Shown: positions 1 through 8,902, counted from the first letter of the stretch. The stretch is DNA of 64,000 nt from an uncultured Tardiphaga sp. (GCA_964244735.1 CAXTJT010000006.1:149041-213040); one strand, 5' to 3'. Notes: generated by a model from the sequence alone, not told the origin. Numbers and translations: made by a program.

Positions 1-1540
1 CGAGGATCGCGATCTTGCCGAGCACGGCGCCGGCGAAAGGCTCCAGGAATTTGTTCGCGATGCCGAGCGTGAACGCGCCGACCAGCGTGCCCCACAGATT
101 GCCGACGCCGCCGAACACCACCACCATGAACGAATCGATGATGTAGCTCTGGCCGAGGTTCGGCGAGACGTTGTCGATCTGCGACAGCGCCACGCCGGCA
201 ATGCCCGCGATGCCCGAGCCGAGGCCGAAGGTCAGCGCATCGACGCGCGAGGTTGCGATGCCCATCGAGGCGGCCATGCGGCGATTTTGCGTGACAGCGC
301 GCATCTCCAGCCCGATGCTCGAATAACGCAGCATCGCCAGCAGGATCGCGAACACGGCCATCGTGAAGCACAGGATCCAGAGGCGATTATACGTGATGGT
401 GATCTGGCCGATCTCGAACGCGCCGGACATCCATGACGGATTGCCGACCTCGCGATTGGTCGGGCCGAACATCGTGCGGATCGCCTGCTGCAACACCAGC
501 GACAGCCCCCATGTCGCCAGCAGCGTTTCCAGCGGGCGGCCGTAAAGAAACCGGATGATGCCGCGTTCGATCACGACGCCGAGCAGGCCGGCGACGAGAA
601 ACGCCAGCGGGACGGCGATCAGCAACGAATAATCGAACAGGCCGGGATAGGAGGTGCGGATCACCTCCTGCACGACGAAGGTGACGTAGGCGCCGATCAT
701 CACCATCTCGCCATGCGCCATGTTGATGACGCCCATCACGCCGAAGGTGATGGCGAGGCCGATCGCGGCGAGCAGCAACACCGAGCCGAGCGACAAACCG
801 TACCAGGCGTTCTGCAGATATGACCACAAGGTCAGCGTGCGCTCGATCGCGGTCCTGGCATTCGCCGCACCACTCACCACCGACGGCGGCTGATCGCCGG
901 TGAGCCCTGTCAGCAACGCCAACGCCTCGCGGTCGCCGCGCGCCTTGATGGTGGCGATGGCTTCGAGCTTTTCCGGCTCGGTCGCGTCGGGCTTGAAGAG
1001 AAGAATTGCGGCGCGGGCCTCGGTAAAGGCGCGCTTGGCGGCGGCGTTGGTTTCCTTCGCCAGCGCACCATCGATAACGGGGAGCGCGGCGGCGTCATGC
1101 GTCTTGAACACGGATTGCGCGGCCTGAACGCGTCGCGCGGGATCCGGCGACAGCAGCGTCAGCGTCCCGACCGCGGCATCGATGATCCGGCGCAGCCGAT
1201 TGTTGAGACGCACCACGCTCGCCGACGCCGGTGCACTGGCGACAGGCGCGCCTGTCGCGGCGTCGGTGATCTTGCCGTCCGTCAGTTTGACAAAGACCTG
1301 CTTCGACGCGGGATCCGCAAGCAGCCGTCCGCTCTGCAGCGCGCTGATGACCGGGAGCGCCTGCGCATTATTGGAGGAGGTGAGAACGCCGACAGCGGCC
1401 TCGGTATCGGAAAACGAATCGTTGGCGAACTTCGCAATGGCGTCCTCGAGCGGACCGGCCTGCGCCGATAGCCCTGAGACGGCCATGAGACACATAGCGA
1501 GTGCGAACGCGCATGCATTTTTGAAGATGATGTTCAGCAC
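1..1540 (-). CDS. urtB: Urea ABC transporter permease UrtB, long-N-terminus form (C-terminal end cut by window edge)
   Basis: Not in the ORF track because it runs off the window. My reverse translation from GTG at 1540 gives a signal-like VLNIIFKNACAFALAMCLMAVSG, a soluble N-terminal region, then ...LWSYLQNAWYGLSLGSVLLLAAIGLAITFGVMGVINMAHGEMVMIGAY..., typical of LivH/UrtB permeases. Lies directly downstream of urtA. Confidence 0.85.
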   Translation of the reverse strand, partial: MLNIIFKNACAFALAMCLMAVSGLSAQAGPLEDAIAKFANDSFSDTEAAVGVLTSSNNAQALPVISALQSGRLLADPASKQVFVKLTDGKITDAATGAPVASAPASASVVRLNNRLRRIIDAAVGTLTLLSPDPARRVQAAQSVFKTHDAAALPVIDGALAKETNAAAKRAFTEARAAILLFKPDATEPEKLEAIATIKARGDREALALLTGLTGDQPPSVVSGAANARTAIERTLTLWSYLQNAWYGLSLGSVLLLAAIGLAITFGVMGVINMAHGEMVMIGAYVTFVVQEVIRTSYPGLFDYSLLIAVPLAFLVAGLLGVVIERGIIRFLYGRPLETLLATWGLSLVLQQAIRTMFGPTNREVGNPSWMSGAFEIGQITITYNRLWILCFTMAVFAILLAMLRYSSIGLEMRAVTQNRRMAASMGIATSRVDALTFGLGSGIAGIAGVALSQIDNVSPNLGQSYIIDSFMVVVFGGVGNLWGTLVGAFTLGIANKFLEPFAGAVLGKIAIL

Positions 1541-1610
1541 TGAAAATTCCCAAACCGCTGGTCAAGAGACAGCGGTGACGTTCACCGCCGTCCCAAGATT
1601 TGATCAGGTC

Positions 1611-1744
1611 GTCATTGCGAGCCGGGACGGGATCGGCGTGAGCCGATCATGTCGCGTGCGAAGCAATCCAGCTCTTTGAGGAAACTGGATTGCTTCGTCG
1701 CCCGTGTGTCTCGAAACCGAGCCACACAGGCTCCTCGCAATGAC
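1611..1744. repeat. REP/MITE-like palindromic element, family A (gtcattgcgag...ctcgcaatgac with inner cgaagcaatccag/ctggattgcttcg hairpin)
   Basis: Terminal inverted repeats and inner inverted repeat read directly. A second copy is at 17448-17590. Confidence 0.85.
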
Positions 1745-1764
1745 GGCGGATGGCGAACGTGCCG

Positions 1765-3084
1765 TTACGAGCCCTGACCGCCGCACTTCTTGGTGACGGT
1801 GTTGTAGTTGCCGCACTTCAGCGTCACCCAATCACCGACCAGATCCTTGGAGCCGTCGAGTTCTTTCGACCAGGCGTCGCCGGCGACGAGGCCCGGCGTT
1901 TTCCAGACCACGTCGAACTGGCCGTCGCCCTTGATCTCGCCGATGAACACCGGCTTGGTGATGTGGTGGTTCGGGAGCAATTCAGACATGCCGCCGGTCA
2001 GGTTGGCCGCCTTGGTGCCCGGAAGCGTGTCGATCACCTTGTCGACGTCTGTGGTGCCGGCCTTCTCGACCGCCTTCACCCACATGTTGAAACCGATGAC
2101 GGTGGCTTCCATCGGATCGTTGGTGACGCGCTTCGGGTTCTTCGTGAACGTCTGCCAGGCCTTGATGAACTTCTCGTTCTCCGGATCCTTGATCGACTGG
2201 AAATAATTCCACGCGGCGAGATGGCCGAGCAGCGGCTTGGTGTCGATGCCGGCGAGTTCTTCCTCGCCGACCGAGAAGGCGACGACCGGAATGTCGGTCG
2301 CCTTGATGCCCTGGTTGCCGAGCTCCTTGTAGAACGGCACGTTGGCGTCGCCATTGATGGTCGAGACCACGGCGGTCTTCTTGCCGGCCGAGCCGAACTT
2401 CTTGATGTCGGCCACGATCGTTTGCCAGTCCGAATGACCGAACGGCGTGTAGTTGATCATGATGTCTTCGGCCTTGACGCCCTTCGATTTCAGATAGGCT
2501 TCGAGGATTTTGTTGGTCGTGCGGGGATAGACGTAGTCCGTGCCGGCCAGCACCCAGCGCTGCACCTTCTCTTCCTTGGCAAGATAATCGACCGCCGGGA
2601 TAGCCTGCTGGTTCGGCGCCGCACCGGTGTAGAACACGTTGCGCTCGGATTCCTCGCCTTCGTACTGCACGGGGTAGAACAGGATCGAGTTCAACTCCTT
2701 GAACACCGGCAGCACCGACTTGCGCGATACCGAGGTCCAGCAGCCGAACACGACCGAGACCTTCTCCTTGGTGATCAGCTCGCGCGCCTTTTCGGCGAAC
2801 AGCGGCCAGTTCGAGGCGGGATCGACGACGACAGCCTCGAGCTTCTTGCCGAGAACCCCGCCCTTTTTGTTCTGCTCATCGATCATGAATAGAACGGTAT
2901 CCTTCAGCGTCGTCTCCGAAATGGCCATCGTGCCGGACAGCGAATGCAAAACGCCGACCTTGATGGTTTCCTGCGCGCTCGCAGCCGTCAATGAAGCGAG
3001 GCCCATCGCCAGACCGGCCGTCGCGGCAATGAAGCGGCGGCGCGTGAAGGGTTTGGCTATCGCGTGAGTCGTTTCGGTAATCAT
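1765..3084 (-). CDS. urtA: Urea ABC transporter substrate-binding protein UrtA
   Basis: 439-aa ORF. Tat-like signal TRRRFIAATAGLAMGLASLTAASA, then ETIKVGVLHSLSGTMAISE...FGCWTSVSRKSVLP, as in UrtA/amide-binding proteins. Followed by urtB. Confidence 0.95.
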   Translation of the reverse strand: MITETTHAIAKPFTRRRFIAATAGLAMGLASLTAASAQETIKVGVLHSLSGTMAISETTLKDTVLFMIDEQNKKGGVLGKKLEAVVVDPASNWPLFAEKARELITKEKVSVVFGCWTSVSRKSVLPVFKELNSILFYPVQYEGEESERNVFYTGAAPNQQAIPAVDYLAKEEKVQRWVLAGTDYVYPRTTNKILEAYLKSKGVKAEDIMINYTPFGHSDWQTIVADIKKFGSAGKKTAVVSTINGDANVPFYKELGNQGIKATDIPVVAFSVGEEELAGIDTKPLLGHLAAWNYFQSIKDPENEKFIKAWQTFTKNPKRVTNDPMEATVIGFNMWVKAVEKAGTTDVDKVIDTLPGTKAANLTGGMSELLPNHHITKPVFIGEIKGDGQFDVVWKTPGLVAGDAWSKELDGSKDLVGDWVTLKCGNYNTVTKKCGGQGS

Positions 3085-3155
3085 GTGAGGTCAATCTCCC
3101 TGACGCAGGACATAACTGTCTAAGCGACCCCCCGGCCGCCTGCGTTAACGAAATC

Positions 3156-3170
3156 GCAAGAACCGTGCCA
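3156..3170 (-). promoter_or_regulatory. Sigma-54 (-24/-12) promoter for urtA
   Basis: The minus strand reads TGGCAC-GGTTC-TTGC, an exact match to TGGCAC-N5-TTGC, about 72 nt upstream of the urtA ATG. Confidence 0.7.
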
Positions 3171-3632
3171 TTCCGTCGCAGCAACCTAAGGTGCTGAAAG
3201 CGTTTTCAAATTTGCAATTGGCGATGATTCCGCGCTAGGCGGAATGGCGCTTAAACGAGCGGCATGCACGTCTATTTTTGATGCAGTCAGGCGATTACGT
3301 AGCCAACGATCTATGATTGACTAAGATATATGCAGAATGGCCGTGATCTCATCTGCGTGTTCCAATGCCCATCTTGGGTCGCATTTGAACGTTCGATCTT
3401 TGATCTTGAAACCGCCGCGTTCCTGTTCCATATCATCATCACGATCCAATGATTCCTGTCAGCGAATCCTCCGGATCCCCGCGAGCCGCGTGTTCTGAGC
3501 CCGTTTTACGGTTTCTGGCTTGCTCCTTCAGCTAACCAAAACCGACGCCCCAAACACGCGGGTGTCACCAGACACCCTCGCGCGCACCCGGCTCGTGGTC
3601 CAATGACCATTGCGGCCAGGGGCCTGCTCCAC

Positions 3633-5135
3633 ATGATGGAAAGCACCCTTCTTTTGACATCCTTTCAGGAATTCGGCCTCGCCGAACCTATTTCGCGCGC
3701 CCTCGCGGAAGAGAACTACATCACCCCAACCCCGATCCAGATGCAGACAATCCCGATCGCCATCACCGGTCGCGATGTCGTCGGTATCGCGCAGACCGGG
3801 ACCGGCAAGACCGCATCCTTCGCGCTGCCGATCCTTCACCGCATCCTCGAAAACCGCATCAAGCTGCAGCCAAAGACCTGCCGCGTGCTGGTGCTGAGCC
3901 CGACCCGCGAACTGTCGGGTCAGATTCTCGAGAGCTTCAATGCCTATGGCCGCCACATCCGGCTGTCCTCCGCGCTCGCCATCGGCGGCGTGCCGATGGG
4001 CCGTCAGGTGCGCTCCGTCATGCAGGGCGTCGAAGTCATGGTCGCGACGCCGGGCCGCCTGCTCGATCTCGTGCAGAGCAACGGCCTGAAGCTCAACCAG
4101 GTCGAGTTTCTCGTCCTCGACGAAGCCGACCGCATGCTCGACATGGGCTTCATCAACGACATTCGCAAAATCGTCGCCAAGCTGCCGACCAAACGTCAGA
4201 CGCTGTTCTTCTCGGCCACCATGCCGAAGGACATCGCCGATCTCGCGGAGCAGATGCTGCAGAATCCGGCCCGCGTGGCCGTCACGCCGGTGGCGTCGAC
4301 GGTCGAGCGCATCGTGCAGCGCATCATCCAGTGCGATCATTCGGCCAAACCGAACTTGCTGGTCCAGATTCTGAAGCAGGAGACGGTCAACCGTGCGCTG
4401 ATCTTCACCCGCACCAAGCACGGCGCGGACAAGGTCGTGAAAAGCCTCGTCCGCTCGGGCATCCCGGCCGACGCGATCCACGGCAACAAATCGCAGAATC
4501 ACCGCGAGCGCGTGCTGGCGGCGTTCCGCACCGGCGAAATCCGCACGCTTGTGGCAACGGACATCGCGGCGCGCGGCATCGACGTCGACGGCATCAGCCA
4601 CGTCGTCAATTTCGACCTGCCGAACATTCCCGAAAGCTATGTTCACCGGATCGGCCGCACCGCGCGCGCCGGAGCCGACGGCACGGCGATCTCGTTTTGC
4701 GCCGGCGAGGAAATGGCGTATCTGCGCGACATCGAGAAACTGATCCGCATGACGCTGCCCAAAGAAGATCGCCGCACGCCCGGCCATCGCGAAGCGGCTC
4801 CGGCGCCATCGCAGAACCGCGGCGGCCGCTCGTCCGGCCCGCGCTCCAATGCACCGCGGGGAAATGAAGCGCCTGCCAAGACCAGCGGCCCGCGCCGCCG
4901 GAGTCGTCCAGCGCATGGCAACGGTGCGCCGCAGGGAAACCGTGACGGCAATCGCTCCGAAGGCAATCGTTCGGACAATCACCGCGCCGACGCCGGACGT
5001 CAGAGCGCTCCGCGCGCGGCGTCGCAGAGCGGTGACGGTCATACTGTTCAAGGAACTGGCATGCAGGGCGTCGCTTTTCTGCATCGCGAGAGCCGTCCGA
5101 ACACGCAGCCCAACCGCACCAATCGTCCACGATAA
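3633..5135 (+). CDS. rhlE: DEAD-box ATP-dependent RNA helicase (RhlE-like) with Arg/Gly/Asn-rich C-terminal tail
   Basis: Motifs AQTGTGKT, DEAD, SAT, HRIGRTARAG. Start uncertain: ATG 3633/3636, or TTG 3654 giving MTSFQEFGL. Confidence 0.9.
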   Translation: MMESTLLLTSFQEFGLAEPISRALAEENYITPTPIQMQTIPIAITGRDVVGIAQTGTGKTASFALPILHRILENRIKLQPKTCRVLVLSPTRELSGQILESFNAYGRHIRLSSALAIGGVPMGRQVRSVMQGVEVMVATPGRLLDLVQSNGLKLNQVEFLVLDEADRMLDMGFINDIRKIVAKLPTKRQTLFFSATMPKDIADLAEQMLQNPARVAVTPVASTVERIVQRIIQCDHSAKPNLLVQILKQETVNRALIFTRTKHGADKVVKSLVRSGIPADAIHGNKSQNHRERVLAAFRTGEIRTLVATDIAARGIDVDGISHVVNFDLPNIPESYVHRIGRTARAGADGTAISFCAGEEMAYLRDIEKLIRMTLPKEDRRTPGHREAAPAPSQNRGGRSSGPRSNAPRGNEAPAKTSGPRRRSRPAHGNGAPQGNRDGNRSEGNRSDNHRADAGRQSAPRAASQSGDGHTVQGTGMQGVAFLHRESRPNTQPNRTNRPR

Positions 5136-5159
5136 CCGCCGATCGATCTGGAGATCATC

Positions 5160-5438
5160 ATGGCTAAAGAAGAGCTGATCCAGTTCGAAGGACTGGTTAC
5201 AGAAATCCTTCCGGATGCACGCTATCGCGTGCAACTCGACGCAGGACACGAAATCGTTGCCTATACGGCAGGCAAGATGAAGAAGAACCGCATCAAGACG
5301 CTCGCGGGAGACCGCGTCACGATCGAGATGTCGCCCTACGATCTTGAAAAGGGCCGGCTAATCTTCCGCCACAAGGACGAGCGTCCGGGTGGCCCGCCGC
5401 GCGGCGCACCGCCGCGCGGTCAATTCCGCCGTCGCTGA
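5160..5438 (+). CDS. infA: Translation initiation factor IF-1 with ~20-aa Arg/Gly/Pro-rich C-terminal extension
   Basis: [70 protein letters not shown] matches the IF-1 S1-fold. Tail is [22 protein letters not shown]. Confidence 0.95.
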   Translation: MAKEELIQFEGLVTEILPDARYRVQLDAGHEIVAYTAGKMKKNRIKTLAGDRVTIEMSPYDLEKGRLIFRHKDERPGGPPRGAPPRGQFRRR

Positions 5439-5731
5439 ATCAACGCAGCGCACAAGAACGATGATCGCGCCATGCAGAAATTGCAGGGCGCGCCTGTCAC
5501 AGAACTCTCGAACAATTGTCTATACCGATCTTGAACGTCTTAAAAAAACGTGCTGGTCAGGATTGTTTCGAGGGTTATTTTCGCTTACGATGTATCATCG
5601 ATTTTCGGCCGGACGACATTAGCTATCCACCGGTACAGCCGGTTTAGACGCTGACGACCCTTCCAAAAATTCGATCTCACCGGCTCACCGCGAGGTGAGC
5701 CACGACACTATATTTGAGAAGGGACTACCCC

Positions 5732-5944
5732 ATGAGCATGGGCACTGTGAAGTGGTTTAACGCGACCAAGGGCTTCGGCTTCATTCAGCCGGACGACGGC
5801 GGCAACGACGTGTTTGTGCACATCAGCGCCGTCGAGCGCGCTGGTCTCGGCACGCTGCGCGAAGGTCAGAAGATCAGCTACGAAATCGTTGCCGATCGTC
5901 GTTCGGGCAAGTCGTCGGCCGACAATCTCCGCGCCGCGGGCTAA
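5732..5944 (+). CDS. cspA: Cold-shock protein (CspA family)
   Basis: [34 protein letters not shown] carries the RNP1/RNP2 motifs KGFGFI and VFVHIS. ATG at 5732 chosen over the upstream alternative start in the ORF track. Confidence 0.95.
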   Translation: MSMGTVKWFNATKGFGFIQPDDGGNDVFVHISAVERAGLGTLREGQKISYEIVADRRSGKSSADNLRAAG

Positions 5945-5951
5945 GACCAGA

Positions 5952-5989
5952 CCTGCGGATTTAGGCTCAGCCTGGGCCGCAGGGTTTGT
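5952..5989 (+). terminator. Putative intrinsic terminator after cspA
   Basis: Stem cctgcgg/ccgcagg with nested aggct/agcct stem, followed by gtttgt. Confidence 0.5.
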
Positions 5990-6047
5990 ACGCATTCGCT
6001 AACGTCAGTCTTCAACTGTCCGACCGCCGACAGCTAGTGCAAGTGAT

Positions 6048-6081
6048 AAAAAAGGCCGCGCTTCACAGCGCGGCCTTTACG
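6048..6081. terminator. Hairpin terminator between convergent cspA and tadE-like genes (strongest on minus strand)
   Basis: 8-bp GC stem ggccgcgc/gcgcggcc with loop ttcaca. Flanked by aaaaaa (a T-tract on the minus strand) and tttacgttt. Confidence 0.7.
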
Positions 6082-6097
6082 TTTGGATGTCGCGCGA

Positions 6098-6688
6098 TCA
6101 CGACGTCGGACATGTCGTCCCGCTTGCGGGATAATAGACGCAATTCAATTGCCGAGGCCGCGTGAACGTCGAGTTCGAGAGCGTGATGCCGGCTCTGTTC
6201 ATGACATAGCCCACCGCCGGGACATAGAAATAGCTGACCTCGCTATAGATCAGATACTGGTTGGGAATCGTATTGCCGCTCGAATCCTTGATGATGAGGC
6301 CAGCGGGCACCGCCAAGGTCGAGCCGACCGACCGCGCCGACGAGCCCTGGCTCCACTGCACGCGACCGACCGATGTCGTGGGGTTGATATAGACTTCACT
6401 GATCGTCGACGACAGCGACGAACTCGGATAGGGCTGCATGATCGCACCGCCCACGGTGAAAAAACTCGAAATATCCGTCGACGACACGTTCGTTGCGCGC
6501 GAGGTCAAATCCGACAATGTGCGCGAGACCAGGTCGACCTTGCGGTTGACCGCGACGCCGTTGGTGATCTCGATGGTTCCGAACACGATCAGCAGCATCA
6601 GCGGAACGATCAGGGCAAACTCAACGGCGGCAAGGCCGCGACGATCATCGTGAAACCCGCGTGACGCCGTCGCAATCCGCCGCATCAT
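6098..6688 (-). CDS. TadE/TadG-family pseudopilin-like pilus assembly protein
   Basis: N-terminus MMRRIATASRGFHDDRRGLAAVEFALIVPLMLLIVFGTIE is the TadE-like signature (AAVEFAL + hydrophobic helix). Start 6688 or 6685 preferred over 6754, which overlaps the upstream gene. Confidence 0.75.
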   Translation of the reverse strand: MMRRIATASRGFHDDRRGLAAVEFALIVPLMLLIVFGTIEITNGVAVNRKVDLVSRTLSDLTSRATNVSSTDISSFFTVGGAIMQPYPSSSLSSTISEVYINPTTSVGRVQWSQGSSARSVGSTLAVPAGLIIKDSSGNTIPNQYLIYSEVSYFYVPAVGYVMNRAGITLSNSTFTRPRQLNCVYYPASGTTCPTS

Positions 6689-6719
6689 CTTCCGAAGCGA
6701 AAGCGTGATCATGATGCGG

Positions 6720-7250
6720 TCACTTCGGTTCGACGCGGAAGGCCGCCGTCGCAATCATCAGCCGCTTGCTGTTGGACGCACCGCGATTGATGTTGGCAAT
6801 GTTGTAGCCAAGTTGCGTCACCACGAGCGGCCATTGATAGAACGCACGAATGACCACCGTATTGGAGACGGTGGCGTTGGCCGCCGGCACATTCCATACG
6901 AGCGGGGTGGTGAGGGTGCCGCTGCCGTCATACGGGACGGTGTTGGGAATCGTCGAGCCGGGCGGATAGGATTGCGCGTCAACGCTGATGCCAGAGCAGG
7001 TGAACAACTCGACGGTCCGATTGCAAAGATCCGTCTTGAACGCGCTGGCGTTCAAATAGGCATCGCTGCCGTCCGTATAGATCTTCCGCCCGCTGTCCTG
7101 AACGCTGTTCTCCAAAACCTGCGAGGCGAAAAAGATCAGCGCGGTCTCGAACAGTGCGAACAGCATCGCGAAGAAGATCGGCGCGATGAATACGAATTCG
7201 ATGGCCGCCGAACCCCGGCGGTTGCGGCGGAATCGCTTGAACAGACGCAT
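6720..7250 (-). CDS. TadE-family pilus assembly protein
   Basis: MRLFKRFRRNRRGSAAIEFVFIAPIFFAMLFALFETAL is a TadE-like N-terminal motif. ATG at 7250. Confidence 0.8.
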   Translation of the reverse strand: MRLFKRFRRNRRGSAAIEFVFIAPIFFAMLFALFETALIFFASQVLENSVQDSGRKIYTDGSDAYLNASAFKTDLCNRTVELFTCSGISVDAQSYPPGSTIPNTVPYDGSGTLTTPLVWNVPAANATVSNTVVIRAFYQWPLVVTQLGYNIANINRGASNSKRLMIATAAFRVEPK

Positions 7251-7383
7251 GACGGCGGAGTTGGAGACGAGCGGCAACAACATGGTCGGCCTTTGGGCAT
7301 GGCAGAACTACTTACCGCTGCGAGGCTAACCAAAACTCGTTGTGGAAGTGTTGCACGGTATTCAGACAACTGCCGGCAAGGTT

Positions 7384-7399
7384 TTAACGACCTGTTAAC
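7384..7399. promoter_or_regulatory. Candidate CtrA box (TTAA-N7-TTAAC) upstream of the tadE-like operon
   Basis: The sequence reads TTAA-CGACCTG-TTAAC, a full match to the Caulobacter-type CtrA consensus. It lies ~135 bp upstream of the tadE-like start at 7250. Confidence 0.45.
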
Positions 7400-7492
7400 T
7401 CACGCCGCCATCGCCTTCGCCCGAAGGCGAAGCAAGCGATGGCTAGCGTCGGGAAGGCGTGTCTTTCGACCCAGCGCCGGTGGGCTTGTCGG

Positions 7493-8377
7493 TCAGCGAA
7501 CCGCCTTGATTGATGGCGGTGTTGAGGTGTTTCTCCCGCTCGCCAGTGACTTGAACGGATAGACCAATTGTCCGCCGATCGCCTTCGGCAACGGTTCGCC
7601 ATCGACGCCGTAATTGTCCGGCAGTTCGCCGGCCGGCATCCGAAACGTGCCGAACAAAATATCCCAGATCGGAAAGGTGCCGGCGAAGTTGGTGTTGCCG
7701 CCTGCTTCCAGCGAGGTGTGATGCCAACGGTGAAAGACCGGCGTCGCCAGCACATATTTGAAGGGGCCGAGCGTCCAGTTCAGATTGGCGTGGACGAAGG
7801 CGGAATGGAACGTCGTGAAGGGACCGACCCACAGCATGATGTTGGGCGAGATGCCGGCCATCAGAAGAATGACATCGACCGCAACGGTGCCGAGAAACAG
7901 ATTCATCGGATGAAACCGCGCCGCGGAAATCCACTCCAGCTCTTCCGACGAATGGTGGACGGCGTGATATTTCCAGAAATCGCCGCTGTGGAAGGTGCGG
8001 TGAGTCCAATAGAGCATGAAGTCCGACAGAACCAGAAACAGGATCGCCTGCACCCAGAGCGGCAACGTCGCCAGCGGTCCGTGGCCATTGTCGTAGAACG
8101 CGATCAGATCGTCCGCATCCTTGATGTTGAAGACAAGGATGCCGCCGGTCACGAGCAGGCTGATCCGCACCACGCGGCAGATCACCGGCACGAAGAACCA
8201 ATAGCAGATGTCGGTGACGATCTCGCTCTTGCGCCACCACGGCTTGCCGGGATTGCAGGCCCAGAAATGACTTAGCACCGTAAAGACCAAGGCGACGGCG
8301 ATGGTGATCGGCACCACCTTGATGATGGTCTCGCCCAGCATCTCGGCGAACTGGATGGATATGCTCGGATCTGACAT
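7493..8377 (-). CDS. Fatty acid hydroxylase / sterol desaturase superfamily membrane protein
   Basis: Three histidine boxes: WTHRTFH, YHAVHHSS, FHRWHH. Several hydrophobic segments. Confidence 0.85.
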   Translation of the reverse strand: MSDPSISIQFAEMLGETIIKVVPITIAVALVFTVLSHFWACNPGKPWWRKSEIVTDICYWFFVPVICRVVRISLLVTGGILVFNIKDADDLIAFYDNGHGPLATLPLWVQAILFLVLSDFMLYWTHRTFHSGDFWKYHAVHHSSEELEWISAARFHPMNLFLGTVAVDVILLMAGISPNIMLWVGPFTTFHSAFVHANLNWTLGPFKYVLATPVFHRWHHTSLEAGGNTNFAGTFPIWDILFGTFRMPAGELPDNYGVDGEPLPKAIGGQLVYPFKSLASGRNTSTPPSIKAVR

Positions 8378-8685
8378 GGCGTCCCTTGAGCGACGGATCG
8401 CAATCGATATTCAGCAGACGTTCTGGATAGCGCGTCATGCTTAAGAGACGGTGAAGTCGATCGGACCAGGCGCTGCATACGCACATATCTTATGTGTCGA
8501 ATTGCGGTGTCGCCGGTAAGGGAACGTTTACCGTGAGCGAGAAGACCGAAATCGGCCCGCGTTTCGACAATCAAATTAACTGCGTCGCAATGTACCGCAT
8601 TTATATTCCACTCATGGTCACGGTGCTGAGAACGCCGGCGAGACCAAGTCTAGTTCGACAGCCTCGTGCACATATGGAGCTACTT

Positions 8686-8850
8686 ATGAAAAATATCATT
8701 GCGCGTTTTGTTAAGGACGAATCCGGTGCAACCGCGATCGAGTACGGCCTGATTGCCGCCGGTATTGCGCTGGCGATCATCACGATCGTGAACACGCTCG
8801 GCGCCACCATGAACACCAAGTTCACCGCGATCAACACCTCGCTCAAGTAA
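8686..8850 (+). CDS. flp: Flp-family type IVb pilin precursor
   Basis: MKNIIARFVKDESGATAIEYGLIAAGIALAIITIV carries the Flp motif G/ATAIEYGLI. GGAG lies 7 nt upstream of the ATG at 8686. Confidence 0.9.
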   Translation: MKNIIARFVKDESGATAIEYGLIAAGIALAIITIVNTLGATMNTKFTAINTSLK

Positions 8851-8875
8851 GCGACGGGCTGACGTCTGCATCAAG

Positions 8876-8902
8876 GGCCCCGGCGCAACCGGGGCCTTTT
8901 TT
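8876..8902 (+). terminator. Rho-independent terminator after flp
   Basis: ggccccgg-cgcaa-ccggggcc followed by tttttt. Confidence 0.8.

Noticed and set aside
3185-3300. Candidate NtrC upstream activator sites for the urtA sigma-54 promoter.
   Set aside because: Only loose TGCAC...TGCA matches with wrong spacing relative to the TGCACC-N5-GGTGCA-type consensus. Not reported as a feature.
3528-5249. 573-aa minus-strand ORF opposite rhlE. Many similar long antisense ORFs occur elsewhere (e.g. 21460-23004, 24772-26898, 27741-29525, 54010-55989, 57959-59200, 61923-63539).
   Set aside because: All mirror a strongly supported gene on the other strand. They have low-complexity Arg/Ala/Gly-rich products and lack start-site context. 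These are GC-bias artefacts.
5389-5622. 77-aa ORF in the infA-cspA spacer.
   Set aside because: It begins inside infA in another frame, has poor composition and no RBS. The region is better explained as the cspA promoter and leader.
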